Assembly (NCBI GenBank): GCA_048128005.1
Contig: JBEUKZ010000129.1
Coordinates: forward strand, 124,001 to 188,000
Length of the DNA stretch: 64,000 nucleotides
Direction of reading: 5' to 3'
DNA from: Veleropilina oligotropha
Lineage: Eukaryota
The position numbers and the translations under genes were made by a program. Below, piece after piece: positions 1 to 13,779 of the stretch. Under the pieces are notes generated by a model. It ran no database searches, was not told the DNA's origin, and saw only the letters and a list, made by a program, of their open reading frames with translations. Position 1 is the stretch's first letter, and each line of letters opens with the position of its first letter.

Positions 1-1061
1 TATTATAATATCCATTATTCGCCGGACATCGGCCAACCGCCTGCTTATACGGTGCCATATATATATTGCAGATTCGTTCTGTGTTTTGTGGCGAATTGTT
101 GTCGGTGGAATTGGCTTGGAACACAATTGTCAGATGTCCGACCGTCTGCTTGCTGTAGAACCACCAGCCTGCGATAATTATATGACCGAATTGTTCGATA
201 TTCAAAAGAGTTCCCCATTCAGTCAATCAGAAAGCTGGACTTGTATTATCATATGTTTATTATTAAATCTAGGCCCTATGTATTGAATATGTCACATTGG
301 GACACCCCCATGTTAATGTTGGAGGAAATCACGAATATTCAGGGAATATCCGAGGAAACCCATCTGCCGTGTATGGTGCACTGTGTTGCTGTTATTCCAA
401 ATTTTGACTTGGACGGGAAGCGAACCCACAATCTTCGGAACAGCGCAGTCACTGAATGAATTTGGAGCAACTATGTAAACCCATGACTGCATACATGAGT
501 CTACCTATGTAGGTCTACATAGTATAAGCTTGTATCCCCATATGACCAGTCACCTTGTTTTGCTAACAATTCATTGTAGTTCAAATATGCATGACATATT
601 TTCTTAATTTCCGTTTCCGTTTGGGGGAGGTTCGATCCACATTTGATGTAAAAAAATGCATGTCATGACGATATACCGGTATTCGATTTTCCTCGGTTCA
701 TATTAACGTTTTCAGTAATACACGAAAATAACCTTAACCTTTGACCCAGAGGCATGGTGGTATACACGGTGTATACCCAATATGAAAGCTGCAGGTTAAG
801 CGGTTCATCTTATAAGTGACAGAAATCTATCTTCTAAGTGCCAGAACAGAAATACACGAAAATGACATCGACTTTGACCCAGCGATCCCATCTTTGAACT
901 TAGGCAAGGCCTGATGGTATACAAGGTGTATGCTAAATATGAAAGGAGTAAGTTCAGCGGTTCGTCTTCTATGTGATAGAAAGCAATCAGACGACGGACG
1001 GACGCCAGTCCACGGTTATAGCCATGCCTAGAAGGCGGGCCAAAGATGAGTATTACTTGGA

Positions 1062-1410
1062 CCATGTCCAACACTTCCAGCTATTTTCACGAAAATCGGT
1101 TCATGACATTTTGAGTAATCCTGCTGACAGACAAACAAATAGCACTCGATCATTAGATCGTATAGCGCGGCCCACCAAATCCGGATCACCACCAATATGT
1201 TATGGGATAACCTTGGGCTATGTCCAACACTTCCAGCTAATTTCAGGAAAATCGGTTCATGACATTTTGAGTAATCCTGCTGACAGACAAACAAATAGCA
1301 CTCGATCATTAGATCGTATAGCCCGGCCCACCAAATCCGGATCACCACCAAAATGTTATGGGATAACCTTGGGCTATGTCCAAACTTCCAGGAAGTTTCA
1401 GTAATCCTGC
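1062..1410. repeat. ~141-bp tandem duplication (about 2.5 units) inside a non-coding interspersed repeat, Helentron/HINE-like
   Basis: ORF 973..1404 repeats the 47-aa string VQHFQL...SPP.CYGITLGY, reflecting a 141-bp unit. Short GC hairpins and (GACG)n/(ACAA)n tracts lie nearby. Confidence 0.6.
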
Positions 1411-2558
1411 CGACAACAAATTCACAACAAACAAAGTGAAAACATAACATTCTTGGCGGAGGTAATAAGAATATGAATAAATATATTAATTGTCACAAAA
1501 TGAATATGTCATGATGGCTGGTTGTTGGGCTTATAGGCCCGCTTGCAGCTCACACGGAATTCGCAGGCCTGCTCTCGATCCTCACAAAGCCAGTGACATG
1601 ACATAATAATATTAATTTTGACGGTTTCCTTCATGTTGTAACTGTTTTGTCTTTCACATAAATTGATTTATCTTGTATGCATATTTGTCGGAACATGACG
1701 AAACACAGGAGCCCGTCGCTCCTATTTAATTCAATAGAATTCCATTGCAGATTACTTGATCTGTTTAACAAATTATTTAACTGATACTGGAAAACTCCAA
1801 TTCATAGACCATATATTTAAGGCTAAACAACTGATCATGGTAATTAGGCATATTCATATGTCCTATGATATTTGAAATAAGGTCTGGAGATAATAGCTAA
1901 CTTCCCTCTATTGTAAGATGAAAAACAACAGAATAATGTAAAAAAAATATATTTTCCATTTATCTAATGCTAGGGCAAACAAATGACAAGTAATGATAAC
2001 ATTGTGTTATATATGAAGTTTTAAAATATTGACAAATGGTGGAAAGTTCCTCTAACAATGTTTTTATCACTAGTCATCCATTGGATGTTTGTTAGGTACA
2101 GTCACAGCCATAAAAGCATATTTGTCTCGCGTTGGTTTGGGCTTTAAGTCAACAATTTCTCAGCTAATTAAATTTGGACATTAAGTCAACAATATTTCAG
2201 CATGTCAATTAACAGAAATGTTCATAGATCACCATGACATGGTTCTTGATTAAATAATCCCTCTATACCACACACAACCTTTGTCACGATAAATCCGGCA
2301 GCTCCAATCATATAATATAAACAGTGATCCAATATTTAAAACATACACTTTAGTTTCATGAATACAAATATAAGTAGCTGATGTAGCACAAATATGGGAA
2401 CTAATCACAGACGATCAACATCTGATATACTAATACAAATCAATTAAACGGGAATGTCTCTGCTTTGCGTACAAAAATGTGGTCAAGGGGTAGGGCCCAG
2501 CCATAAACGATTTGGTAAACAATAAAAGGGCAATAAATAATATTTCCCCATTTTATTG

Positions 2559-2799
<241 letters not shown>

Positions 2800-3380
2800 T
2801 GCCTCTCCTCCCCCCCCCCCCCCCCCCAATGTCAAATATCTTCCGACGCCACTGCAGAGGGTGCCATGCAGAAGTCCTTTTATTGGTGACCTTAAATAAG
2901 CATTAAAAATGCTGAATCTACATTCGTATGATATTTTATATAAAAGAAAACTATAAATACGATATCCCAGCAAACACAAAAACATTATGAAAATGTTTTG
3001 TGAAATGTTGTAATAATGTTTTTCATAATGTTTATAAGATGTGAATGTGTAGGGTTTTAAAAAGGGTGTAAAAACGTTTTTGCTAAGCATCATTTAACAC
3101 ATTTCTTCAACATCATTTAAAACATCATACAAATATCACTAAAATGTTTTGAAATCATTTATTAGATAATATAACATTGTTAAAACATTTATAAAACATA
3201 TGCAAATATGTTTATTAAACATCATGCAAATGTTTTCTTTCTTAGTGGTAATAATGTTTTTGTCATAATGTTTTTAAGATGTGAATGTGTAGGTTTTTAA
3301 AAAGGGTGTAAAAACATTTTCGCTAAACATCATTTCCAGCATTTATTTAACATCATGCAACCATTGTTAAAACACAAAGC

Positions 3381-3635
3381 GGCCACCCCGGTGGTCGAGT
3401 GGATAGCGCATCGCAAATTCACTCTTCCTGACTGCACTGGCTCTGCTGTTACGGGTTCGACGCCCAGGTCCGGAGGTCGAAAAACTTGTGAAGTTAACAG
3501 TCACAGGTGTTTGTGAATGGACGGGTGGGTTTTCCCGGATAGTTATCCGGGCTTCCCTCCCGCAATATAACACGGACATGTCCCATATGACCATACCTGC
3601 TGAATTGAGACAATAAACTCAATTCAATCAATCAA
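3381..3635 (+). mobile_element. tRNA-derived SINE (MetaSINE/V-SINE-like central domain)
   Basis: A box TGGTCGAGTGG, B box GGTTCGACGCC, central GGGTTTTCCCGG...CCGGGCTTCCCTCC, (TCAA)n tail, 13-bp TSD TAAAACACAAAGC (3368-3380 and 3636-3648). Confidence 0.85.
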
Positions 3636-4084
3636 TAAAACACAAAGCCAAAATGTTTTGAAATTATTTATTAGATAAACGTATAAACTAAATAACAATG
3701 ATACATGTATAGCCTGCATATGAATAGTCATGAAAACTGGAACAGTGGTGTGTTGACTACGGGAACATCAATAAATTACACTTGTGCAAACGTATAAACT
3801 AGATAACAATGATACATGTCTAGTCCTATATATGAATAGTCATGAAAACTGAAATGATGGTGTGTCTGCAACAGGAACGTCAATAAATTACCCTAATCAA
3901 TAAATTACACTTTGCAAAGGTAAAAACTAAATAGCAATGATACATGTATAGTCCAGCATATGAATAGTCAATAGACTCATGAAAATCGGAATGGTGGTGT
4001 GTCGATCACGGGAACATCTATGGACATCGTGTTTTTGGTGTGACGATAGCTTGGAGCACAGTTCAGAAGCTTCTGCACTATCAA

Positions 4085-7000
4085 CTACACAGAATCGTCA
4101 GTATCATCACATGCGCGACGTCTTTTCTCTTTAATCAATGTGTTGTTTTTTGAAAGACGTTTCTGGAAGAAATGTATTAGATAATACACTATTATTATCT
4201 TAAATTCAGCTATATGTCACATAATATGTGAAGTTACATGTATGAAGTGTTCCCAATAATATAATAATAATTGGAGATTTATATCGCGCTGTATCCATAT
4301 ATATATGCTCGCAGACGCGTCACAATGTATTATCCCTGGTTATATGGCCTGTTCTTATCATGGATCCATCTCCGCTCTCTTTGAGAGTATTACTATAGTC
4401 AAGCAGCCACTAACGAGCGCTACGACTAATTAACACACCAACCAGGTACCCATTTGAATACTGTTCATATTACATACATGCTTAAATGTTCATTTTCAAT
4501 CAATTTTGGTTTGGTGTAAATGTATGCTTCATGTCCTGTTTTTAACAACCTTTATGATCATACCAGAGCATGTTCATATTATGATTTATCGCAGGTGGAA
4601 ACCCGCCCTCAACGGCCAGCTATGACTGGTAACTGAGCAAAGAATACTCCAGAGGCTGAAACGCACTCCTGTTAGACACAGAATTCAAGCGAATGAAATC
4701 ATTGTCCACGACCAGTCAATCAGCTGCAAATCATAGATGAATAATACAATACGTTTAAATGATATTCCATTCAAAAATTAAAAAAATACATTGAAAGAAA
4801 TAAATTATATTTTCACCTATGATCACCCATTAAAGAAATTAATATTAATCAGTAAAATTGATTAAATGCTCTTTATATGATTTACAACAAATATTGCTTA
4901 CTCTTTTGTGGTTCGGGCCACCGGGCTGGTTCGGGGAATTTCGGGGGACATTCCCGATCTCATACATTATGTCGTTATCTTTGAAAGATGAAGGGGTTGC
5001 TTTCCGTACAGCTTCTGCAAAGCAGATCAATTGCAATTTTATATTATAAAGTCAATAACACATTAAACATACTATTGTTAATATGTTGGTAACCCACCGC
5101 AAGAGGGCTGTTAGCCACACCACAAATAGAATTTAATAAAATCGCCAACCTCCCCTTCCTTGTAGTTTTCATGGAATAGCCCTTGCATGCATAGCAAATC
5201 GGTTTCACAAAATAGTTTGTTGAAAGTCATATTTAATGTAAATAGTTGTTTACTAGTACTAGCAGCATACATCATTACAAGAGCGCACATTCAAACAATA
5301 TTGACAGACGTTTTCGTCCAATGGACAGGGGATTCCAACCTACATTCGCAATGCCAGTGTGGTCAGGACAAGTGAATTTGGTACGGTACTTTATCCACTC
5401 GGCCACTGGCGCGGGCGATTCAGATGAAAATTCGAACAAACCTTTGTCTCTGACAAGTAATATGCTTATTTTATGATATCATATTTATAAATGTCAGAAA
5501 ATATATTTTCTATAGATTAGCCATTTTATTGAGATTAAGGAATGATGCATTGGTTATTCATTTTTGGAGAAATTCATTCAATGTTGCATGAATTGCGCAC
5601 CTCGAAGAATCACTGATAAATTAAGTATCGCCTCTTCTGTATAAGAAATGAGTCATGAACAAGAGGACAGAGCCATCAATATAAGTACGTCTCAATGTCC
5701 TACTGATGTCATGATCAAAATGTTTGCTAAGGAATGAAACATATTCACTTGAACAAATGTGGTGAATAATGGATGAAATATGAGCAGTCGATCAGACACT
5801 GTAGCAAGTCAATTTTACATAATTCAAGACCCATAACTCTGGTTTTAATAGTCCAATATCCCCGCAACGAAAATTGCTTAATGTCTAATATCACTGGCTC
5901 TAACGGTTCAGTGATGGTGGCTATCGAACTTGATCGAGGTGTTATAGCCACGTTTGGTGAAGAGTGAATAAAAATTGCTCGAGTTATAAAGTCGACATGT
6001 CAATTTTACATAAATCTGGTATCAATGATCATTGATGATGGTGATTGAACTTGACCTAGATCTTATTGTCCCAAGCATTCTTACCAAGTATGGTGAAGAA
6101 TGAAGAAAAATTGATTGAATTATTGTGCGGATATTACAATTGTACAGATTTCAAAGACATTAACTCTGGTCCCAGGGGTTCAATGACGCTAGCTATCGAA
6201 TTTCGTCAAGGTCTTATTGTCACAAACTTCATAATCAAGTTTAGTGAAGAATGAATAAAATTTGCTGGAGGTATTGGGCGGATATATAAATTTTACATAA
6301 TTCATGGGTCATAACTCTGGTTCTAATGGTCCGACGGCCCTGGCTATCGAACTTGGCCAAGATTTTATCGCTATAAACATCTTTACCGAATTTGGTGAAG
6401 ATTACTCCAGTTATTGAACAACTTCTATCCGCCTGCCCAGCCGCCCGCCTAACGTGGGTGAAAACATAATACGTCCAGTAAGCGGGCGTATAAAAAGAAG
6501 CCTAAATTGCTTCTAGTATTACTCTAGTTACATACTTATAGATACTTGCTAATAATCTCCTAAGGGAGAACTCTATTTAGATTCAGCCGAAGGGTTAGTC
6601 TGGGTTATCAGCTCTGCTGGTGTAATTCCATTAGACCCCTGGAAGCGAAAAAGCAGCCGACAAACATCCTTAACTGTGTCGGGCGGAAACGTGTATCGGT
6701 ATTTCTAAATGTGACGGATGAGCTCTCAGTATAGCCAGCCACAGGATCAGCCTTATGCAATATCTACTGGTTGGTTCCAGACAGTCTCCTTATTGCTGAC
6801 CCTACCACGATGCGATCTTCGACTTTAGCTCTGGTCTGCCAGTCTTGGCGGCTGTTGCAACGGTCGGGGTTGTGGTCACGTCTGGTACGTCTATCTCCCT
6901 GGTCAGATTCACTGGATTACTGCACGGAAGAGATGTCCGGTGACAGCGGCTCATTCAGAGTCCTGCTTCTGAGAGGAGGGTATAAGCGATTATTCAAATG

Positions 7001-7773
7001 ACCAAGGTTCATTGCTCCCCAGTATAGCACCAGTTTACCGGCTCCTTCGGTCTACGTTGAAGGGCTTACGTTTCCAGTGAATGCCCCTAAACCGTGGTTT
7101 CAGGCTGGCCATTTCACCACAAATCGCACCAGCACAGCTACTGTTACCTCATCTGGCCCCTGGCTGTGGACTCACCGCCTTACATGCTCGGACTCTCTAT
7201 CGAGATCATGCGGAAATTTGTAAGATGGACGACGAGTCTTTTCATAATTGAATGTCTCGTGGGCGAACCGCTATGACCACACCAGTAGCCTGTTAGGTCT
7301 ATAGACTAAGAGATTATTAGCAAAGATCTGTCGTACAGTATATGATACTAATCAATAAATTAAACTTGTGCAAATGCATAAACTAAATAACAATGATACA
7401 TGTATAGTCCTACATGTATATGAATAGTCATGAAAACTGTGCTTTTGGTGTGACGATAGCTTGGAGCACATTTCAGAAGCTTCTGCACAGCACCACTGTT
7501 AACATAACAAAATTTTCGCCAACTTTTGAAAAAACTTTTGTCTTTGTTATTCAAATATTTTGAATGTGCATGTGGGTGCACAATCAGACTGAATGGTGAA
7601 TCGTGCTAGCCTATGATGACTTTGCATAGGAGAAGATCCTTGAATGCAGTCTTGCCCTTCTGTCCAATCACACTATATAGGCGCATGACAGCATTCGACA
7701 TCAAGGCGCGCATAATTTTGCGTACTACTTTTCCCAAATCAGACCCTCCATGCAATCGACTTAGACACTGTAT
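4085..7773 (-). pseudogene. Spliced DUF4806/BEN-like transposon accessory gene, 3' exons only (7773-7611, 5014-4902, 4162-4085)
   Basis: Hand translation gives IQCLSRLHGGSDLGKVVRKIMRALMSNAVMRLYSVIGQKGKTAFKDLLLCKVII | EAVRKATPSSFKDNDIMYEIGNVPRNSPNQPGGPNHKR | KRLSKNN...DDSV*. Intron phases match (1 then 0). The first donor reads GC. The GG...G.KGK..F pattern resembles DUF4806. Confidence 0.55.
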
Positions 7774-10700
7774 CTAAAATCAATAAAAATGCATATATCA
7801 TGTTGTTAACACTGTCATTAAGTTAATTGTAAATACTTTAGTGCATAAATACTAAGGATTTAGCTGCAGGAGATATGCTTTTAATTTAACCATTAATTAT
7901 TTGGTTAAAAAGCTTTTTGCCAAATGTCAAAATTCTTTAGCCAAAGGAAATAATTTTGGGTTATATATCTCAGTCGGTAATTAATGTTTGGAAGTTATTA
8001 ATATATTTTACTACCAATGTTCACAAATTATGTGTTAATCAGCATTAATTTTGTTTAATATTTATTAACAACTATACAAATGGTTAGATTGATTGATGAC
8101 AATGTATATTTTGTCTCGGTAAACAACTGAGGCCATGTTGGGACATGACCAATTTATCGATTCGTAGGAGAAATCCGATTAAATCCACACACCTTGACTT
8201 GTAATGGACAATGGTGACTGATAAATCCATTTTAACGAACTTTGAACCTCTATCCTTCGGATCAGCGCAATCAAGCGAGAAGGATTTCGCACAACGCCGA
8301 TCCTTCTGCACTATCGCGGCAGACTTACAAATATAAATAACACTGTTCTAACTGTCTAACGTAACGTCGTTGACACTAACATTAATGTAATATAGAACAA
8401 AACGTTATCATGGACAATCTTTCTGTTATTTGAGATGAACCTTGAACTTGAAATACAAGTAATAACGTTGCATACTTACCATTAAATGAGCAGACGACAA
8501 AACTATGACCGTGAAAAAAGGCCGCCAACAGGATGTTCACAATCACGCATGCGTCATTGCCACGTGTCATTGCCCCCTCGCAATGTGCTATTTTATTTGC
8601 ACAAATGTATGCTGATCATAATAATATTTTATTGGAATCGTGTGTCTTTATAATGTAAGAGTGCCACTGTGGGATACCAGCATTAAATTAATGCTTCACT
8701 GTTGCCCAAATCGTAAAAGCTATATACTTATGTCCTATCCAATAGTCATAATTATGAAATTAAAATTTTATGAAAATAATTACAATAAATCAAATTATAA
8801 TATGTTATCACAATTGCTTGATGACACAAATGTGATATATAGGCCTACAGTGCCCAAATCTTGAAATGTTTTGTAGACAAGTAATGATGAATCTTTTGTA
8901 AGTTATGTGTTCGCGTAAGATTTGCATAATAATATCATGAAAACATTGTAATGAAAATGTTTACAAAACATTCAGCATTTTGTCAATTTTATGAGTTTAC
9001 GTCAACATTGTCATAACATCAATAAAATGTTATGCCAGTAATCTATAATATCTTATCAATGTTTAGATAATGTTGTGTGTTTGTTGGGATGGTATCCATA
9101 CATGACATGTTTTTAGGGCGAAGGAAAAGTTAAAATGCAACAGAAGGTGTTGCTAGCATTTAATAATTGCTTCAGCCGACGTGGTATTTTAACCGAGCGC
9201 ATCAATCGTCCGAAGCCATCTTATCTCATTTATCGGGGACGGACACATCCGATCGTTATTGGGTCAAACGTCACGTGGTCCCGTCGATTTGATTGACATC
9301 ACAGACCAAGCAAACTCGAGTCGCGCGTCAGTGTTTATCGGTTCGCTGAAATTGATGTATTTCTTTGAAACATATAGCTAGTTTCTCATAATTGTAGTAT
9401 ATGGCAGCAATACTAACATAATAACCATATTTATTTCACCAACTAATTAGGCCTATTGCGCATCGCGACACTGTTTCAAATGCTTCACTGTTTGTTTACA
9501 AGTTGAAGCAGCCGCATCCAATTTTCATTGATCGCGTTATTTATTATTTCAAGTTTATATACACCGTCGATTTTCATCGAGTCCGATCTTTTTCTATTTT
9601 CTGTCGTTTCTTGGCAGATGCACAGTCACAGTCGATAGCGGCGGCCTGTCTCTCTTTCTCTTGTCGACATCCGCCATGGAAACCGATATAAACAAAACTC
9701 GGTATATATAGATCGCGGGAATAATTTAGGGCGGAGCTAAGTGACGTGTTGATTCCGCCAAGCCGTCGTTCATTTCCGTATAAATCTTGTGTACAATCGG
9801 TTCGAATTATGAGCGCGCGCTAATAATTAAATAAAAAAATCAATTATTTATTACTAAGTGAAAATGTTTTTTGCCGTGTGTGGTAATCTCTAAAACGTCC
9901 TAACTATATGCCATAAATCAATGCAGAAAGTGTAAGATAGAACAGCATTTACATACGTTTTAGCGATCTGAAGTAGATCCTGCATCTTTAAAAGTTTACT
10001 GTGCGTGTGCGTGTGTGTGTGTGGGGGGGGGGGGGCATCCCCACGTGGCACGTACATATAATATAGGCCTATTCATTAATGTTGACTATAATATGATATA
10101 CTCATTATTAGCCCCCCCCCCCCCCCACCCCTACTACGCAAACCACAGCCCCCAGACGAACAATCAGTAGGCCTACCACGAATTGTCAGAAATACGAATA
10201 AACTCACTTCTATCCAATGCCCCATTTTCTGATTCGTTTACTGCGCGTGGCTGTGTGTGTGTGTGTGTCTGTGTGTGTGTGGGGGGGGGGGGGCATTCAC
10301 CATCCCCACGTGCACTGCACGTTCATAATATAGGCCTATTCACTAATGTCGCAATTTTGACTATAATATATGATATTAGCTAGACACCCCCACTCGCCCC
10401 TACTACGCAAACCACAGCCCCCCAGACGAACCACCAGTAGGCCTACCACGAATTGTCAGAAATACGAATAAACTCATTTCTATCCAATACCCCATTTTCT
10501 TATTCATATATTTCGCGGTGCTACTGGTTCGTCCGGGGACGGTGCACACTCACAATGTGACATGCATGTAACAAATTTTGTCTGCGTCTACAGGTGCGTC
10601 TTTGCCATTAACAAGCTGACGAATTTCTTACACCTCCCTCTTTCAGAGAACCAGCTGTGTTCATAACTGCGATTGCGATCGCCGCATCGACGCTATGACA

Positions 10701-13700
10701 ACAACCAATAATATTTGCTTATATATAGTTGCATACTAATAAAATGTCAGCCAAAATGGCGGCAGACCAAAGGATCGGCTAGTTCAGCTGAATCGCTCAG
10801 ATAAATCGCAAAGTGTGTCCGCTTCATGATGCGACAATCGCCCAAGCGACCCCCGATATCGCATTAAGAATCACATAGTCTGCCACATTAGACTCGCATT
10901 ATTGAATTGATGTAATAGGACTTCGTGTGAATATTTCAGGATGCCAAACGTCTGCTAAATTACTTTTGCGATCAAGACATCTCACAAGGAAAATCCATAT
11001 TAAAGATAATACTTTACAAAAAAGATACCAGTAAAATATTGGGGGGTATCACTACACCCTCTTTCCGTGGGGCCTAAGCCTACATTCTAGTCAAATTGTG
11101 TAGATTTGAAATCCCACTCTAAACCAATTGGCTACTCATCATTGTTTTCCAATATACAACTAATGTGATAGCAATAGGTCTATATAAACACGACTCCATG
11201 CAACTAATAATTGCGCTGTACCTCTAGCAATATTTAGTGCACCATTGTGCGTATACAGGAAAACTGAGGCTATAACGCGACACGAAAACTTCTGTTCATA
11301 GTCGTGCAATCAGTTTATGCAGCAGCCGTTGAAAAGACACCCGGGTCATATTTCAACGGGGCGGGTATGTTTTCAACGTTGAAAAGTGACCGTAGGGTCA
11401 CTTTTCAACGGGGGTGCCTTTTCAATCTTACACCGGCCGTCCGCAGTGAATGTTAAAGTTTTTCAATCATGCTATATAGGTAACCCTGTGCTCTCTTTAT
11501 CATAATATTATTGTAGATATGTCTATTCCCATGTTGCATAACACTACACTAGTAATATTGAATGTAATTTAAATAAAATTTGCTTCAAAATGCTGCTTTT
11601 GAACTTTAAAATTTTGAATGTTAAAATTTTTCAATAATCCTATATAGGCAAACGTGCACTATTTATCATCGTTGTATTTGACATATGTCTACTGCAATGT
11701 TGCACGACGTTATGACAGTAATATGGAATATGATTTAAATCAAATTTTACTTCAAAGTGCTACATCTGGACATTGAAATTATTTTGTTAAAGTTTTTCTT
11801 TTATATTATATTATCTGACATAATACATTGAAACTTTTTAGCATCGTTGAACATTAGATATCTAATGTATATTTCAATATCCCATAACACCAGAGCAGTA
11901 TTATTTAAGGTAAATTAAATCTATTTTATCACAAAAAAGAATTTATGTGAGATTTTAACTTGGGAAATTTTATAAAGGTAAATGTTGAAGTTTTTTTCTC
12001 ATGGTTACAATCTCTTGCATGCTTTCCATTTTTGAAGTTTTATTGAATCGCATGCAACACATATGCTTGCCTATTTAATGATGATGTCTGTCCGCCGCCT
12101 GCACTAAATGTTAAAGTTTTTCAATCATGATCTATAGACAACCATGTGCACTCTTATCCACCTTTTTATTTTAGATAAGTATTTTCCAATATTGCACCAC
12201 ATTATAAAACTAAAATTGAATATGATTTATATCAAATTTTACTTCAAAATGCTTATTTCGGACTTAGAAGTATTTGTTAAAGTTTTTGGTTAAAGTTTAT
12301 CAATTTTGCTATGACCGCCATTGGAACTTTCTAGCATCTTTGAATATTAGATATGTTTATTGCAATGTACCATGGCACCAGAGCAGAATTATTGAAGGTA
12401 AATTAATTCCTATTTGACACAAGATAATAAAATTATATTATGAGATTTAACTTATGAAATTTGATAAGTTAAATGTTGAAATGTTTCTCTGTGTTATATT
12501 CTGCTCTATGCTTTGAAGTTTCTATTATTGAGTTTCATTGAACAACAAGGTTTGATGTACATAATTAAAAGATGTAACATACAATTAAGATAAAATTGAT
12601 TTTAACTTAAGAAATATGATTAAAGTAAAATGTAGACATAATAATTTTATATAATACATGTAGTAGTAATACAATTGTACACATTGTGCATGTGGTATAC
12701 TGTAGCTTGTCAAATCAATTAAATATCTACGTCACTGACAATTATATTTGACTGCTTCATATACAACACACTTTGATTGTCAGGAATAGCAATTTTGGCT
12801 GGTGTTATCCTGTAAATCATTGTTCAAAGTATGATGTCCTGTAAAATCTAGCAATTTCTAACAATATTATTTTGTCAATTTCTAAAAAAATATTTCTAAG
12901 AGCAGAAATTTTAATACACAGTGCTAGCCAAAATGCATTTATTTATAGTAATATGACTGTTATAATAGTGACTAATGCTACTCCGTAGTAATGAATTTTT
13001 GTAATTACTCTGTATTCCAAAAGCGTCATTCTTCTACTTTAATGTTTGAATTGTGTTTGTGAACTCACACAAATAATTATTACAATTCAAAATGTATTGC
13101 TCTTGCTCTCTTCGTGGTTAATCCAAGGTCCTAGAATATTATATATTACTGTGATTGCTTCTAAGAACTCCAGACGTTTTAATTAATGTATGGCTGCTAT
13201 AAAATTGTGCAATATGTCATGCGAGCCATATCACGGCTTCGACGTTCTAGTTTCAATTTGTGAACATATATCCCAAGTCAATTAACTGAATTAGAACAAT
13301 AACAATAATAGTATCAATCATGTATCGGAATATTACAAACGAGAAAAATCATGCTAGTATTCTCCTGATGTTTCTAGCTGATGGACAACGACATGTGAAC
13401 ATGAGAAAAATATGACATCTGTCTTAGATTTAATTGTGATACATTCATAATTTTCCATTTCAACACCAGTCATATCAGGAAATGGCAATATAATCGCGGT
13501 TTGCAAGTCCGATAGCGCAAGAAACCCGCCAGTAACGGCCAAATATGAATTCTGGGAATGTTAAAAGTGCCCATTAAATGTTTATTCGAACCCACTTCGG
13601 TAAATGAGACCAGTAAGCGAATGAATTCGAAACCTCGCTCTTTTCTGCTGCCGCCACGGGCGTTCACGACATTGATTGAGGTTTACGTCAAGTCCATAAT

Positions 13701-13779
13701 AATTTTTATCGTGGGAGCTAGTCCGGTGAAACCCCGTTGAATATGATATGTTATGTCATCTATTTTAACGCGATTTCAG

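Larger units (their letters stand above)
2966..9088. mobile_element. Non-autonomous CACTA/EnSpm(CMC)-like DNA transposon, ~6.1 kb, with nested insertions
   Basis: Left terminus CCCAGCAAACACA at 2966 and right terminus TGTGTTTGTTGGG ending 9088 (one mismatch). AT flanks both ends (2-bp TSD). Dense subterminal AACAT/ATGTT motifs at both ends. Internal DUF4806-like exons. Confidence 0.65.

Noticed and set aside
3381..3480. tRNA gene
   Set aside because: A and B boxes belong to a SINE head. There is no cloverleaf, and a TSD flanks the whole 255-bp unit.
13558..13740. First exon of the lectin gene
   Set aside because: No signal-peptide-like frame with a convincing phase-1 donor was found here.
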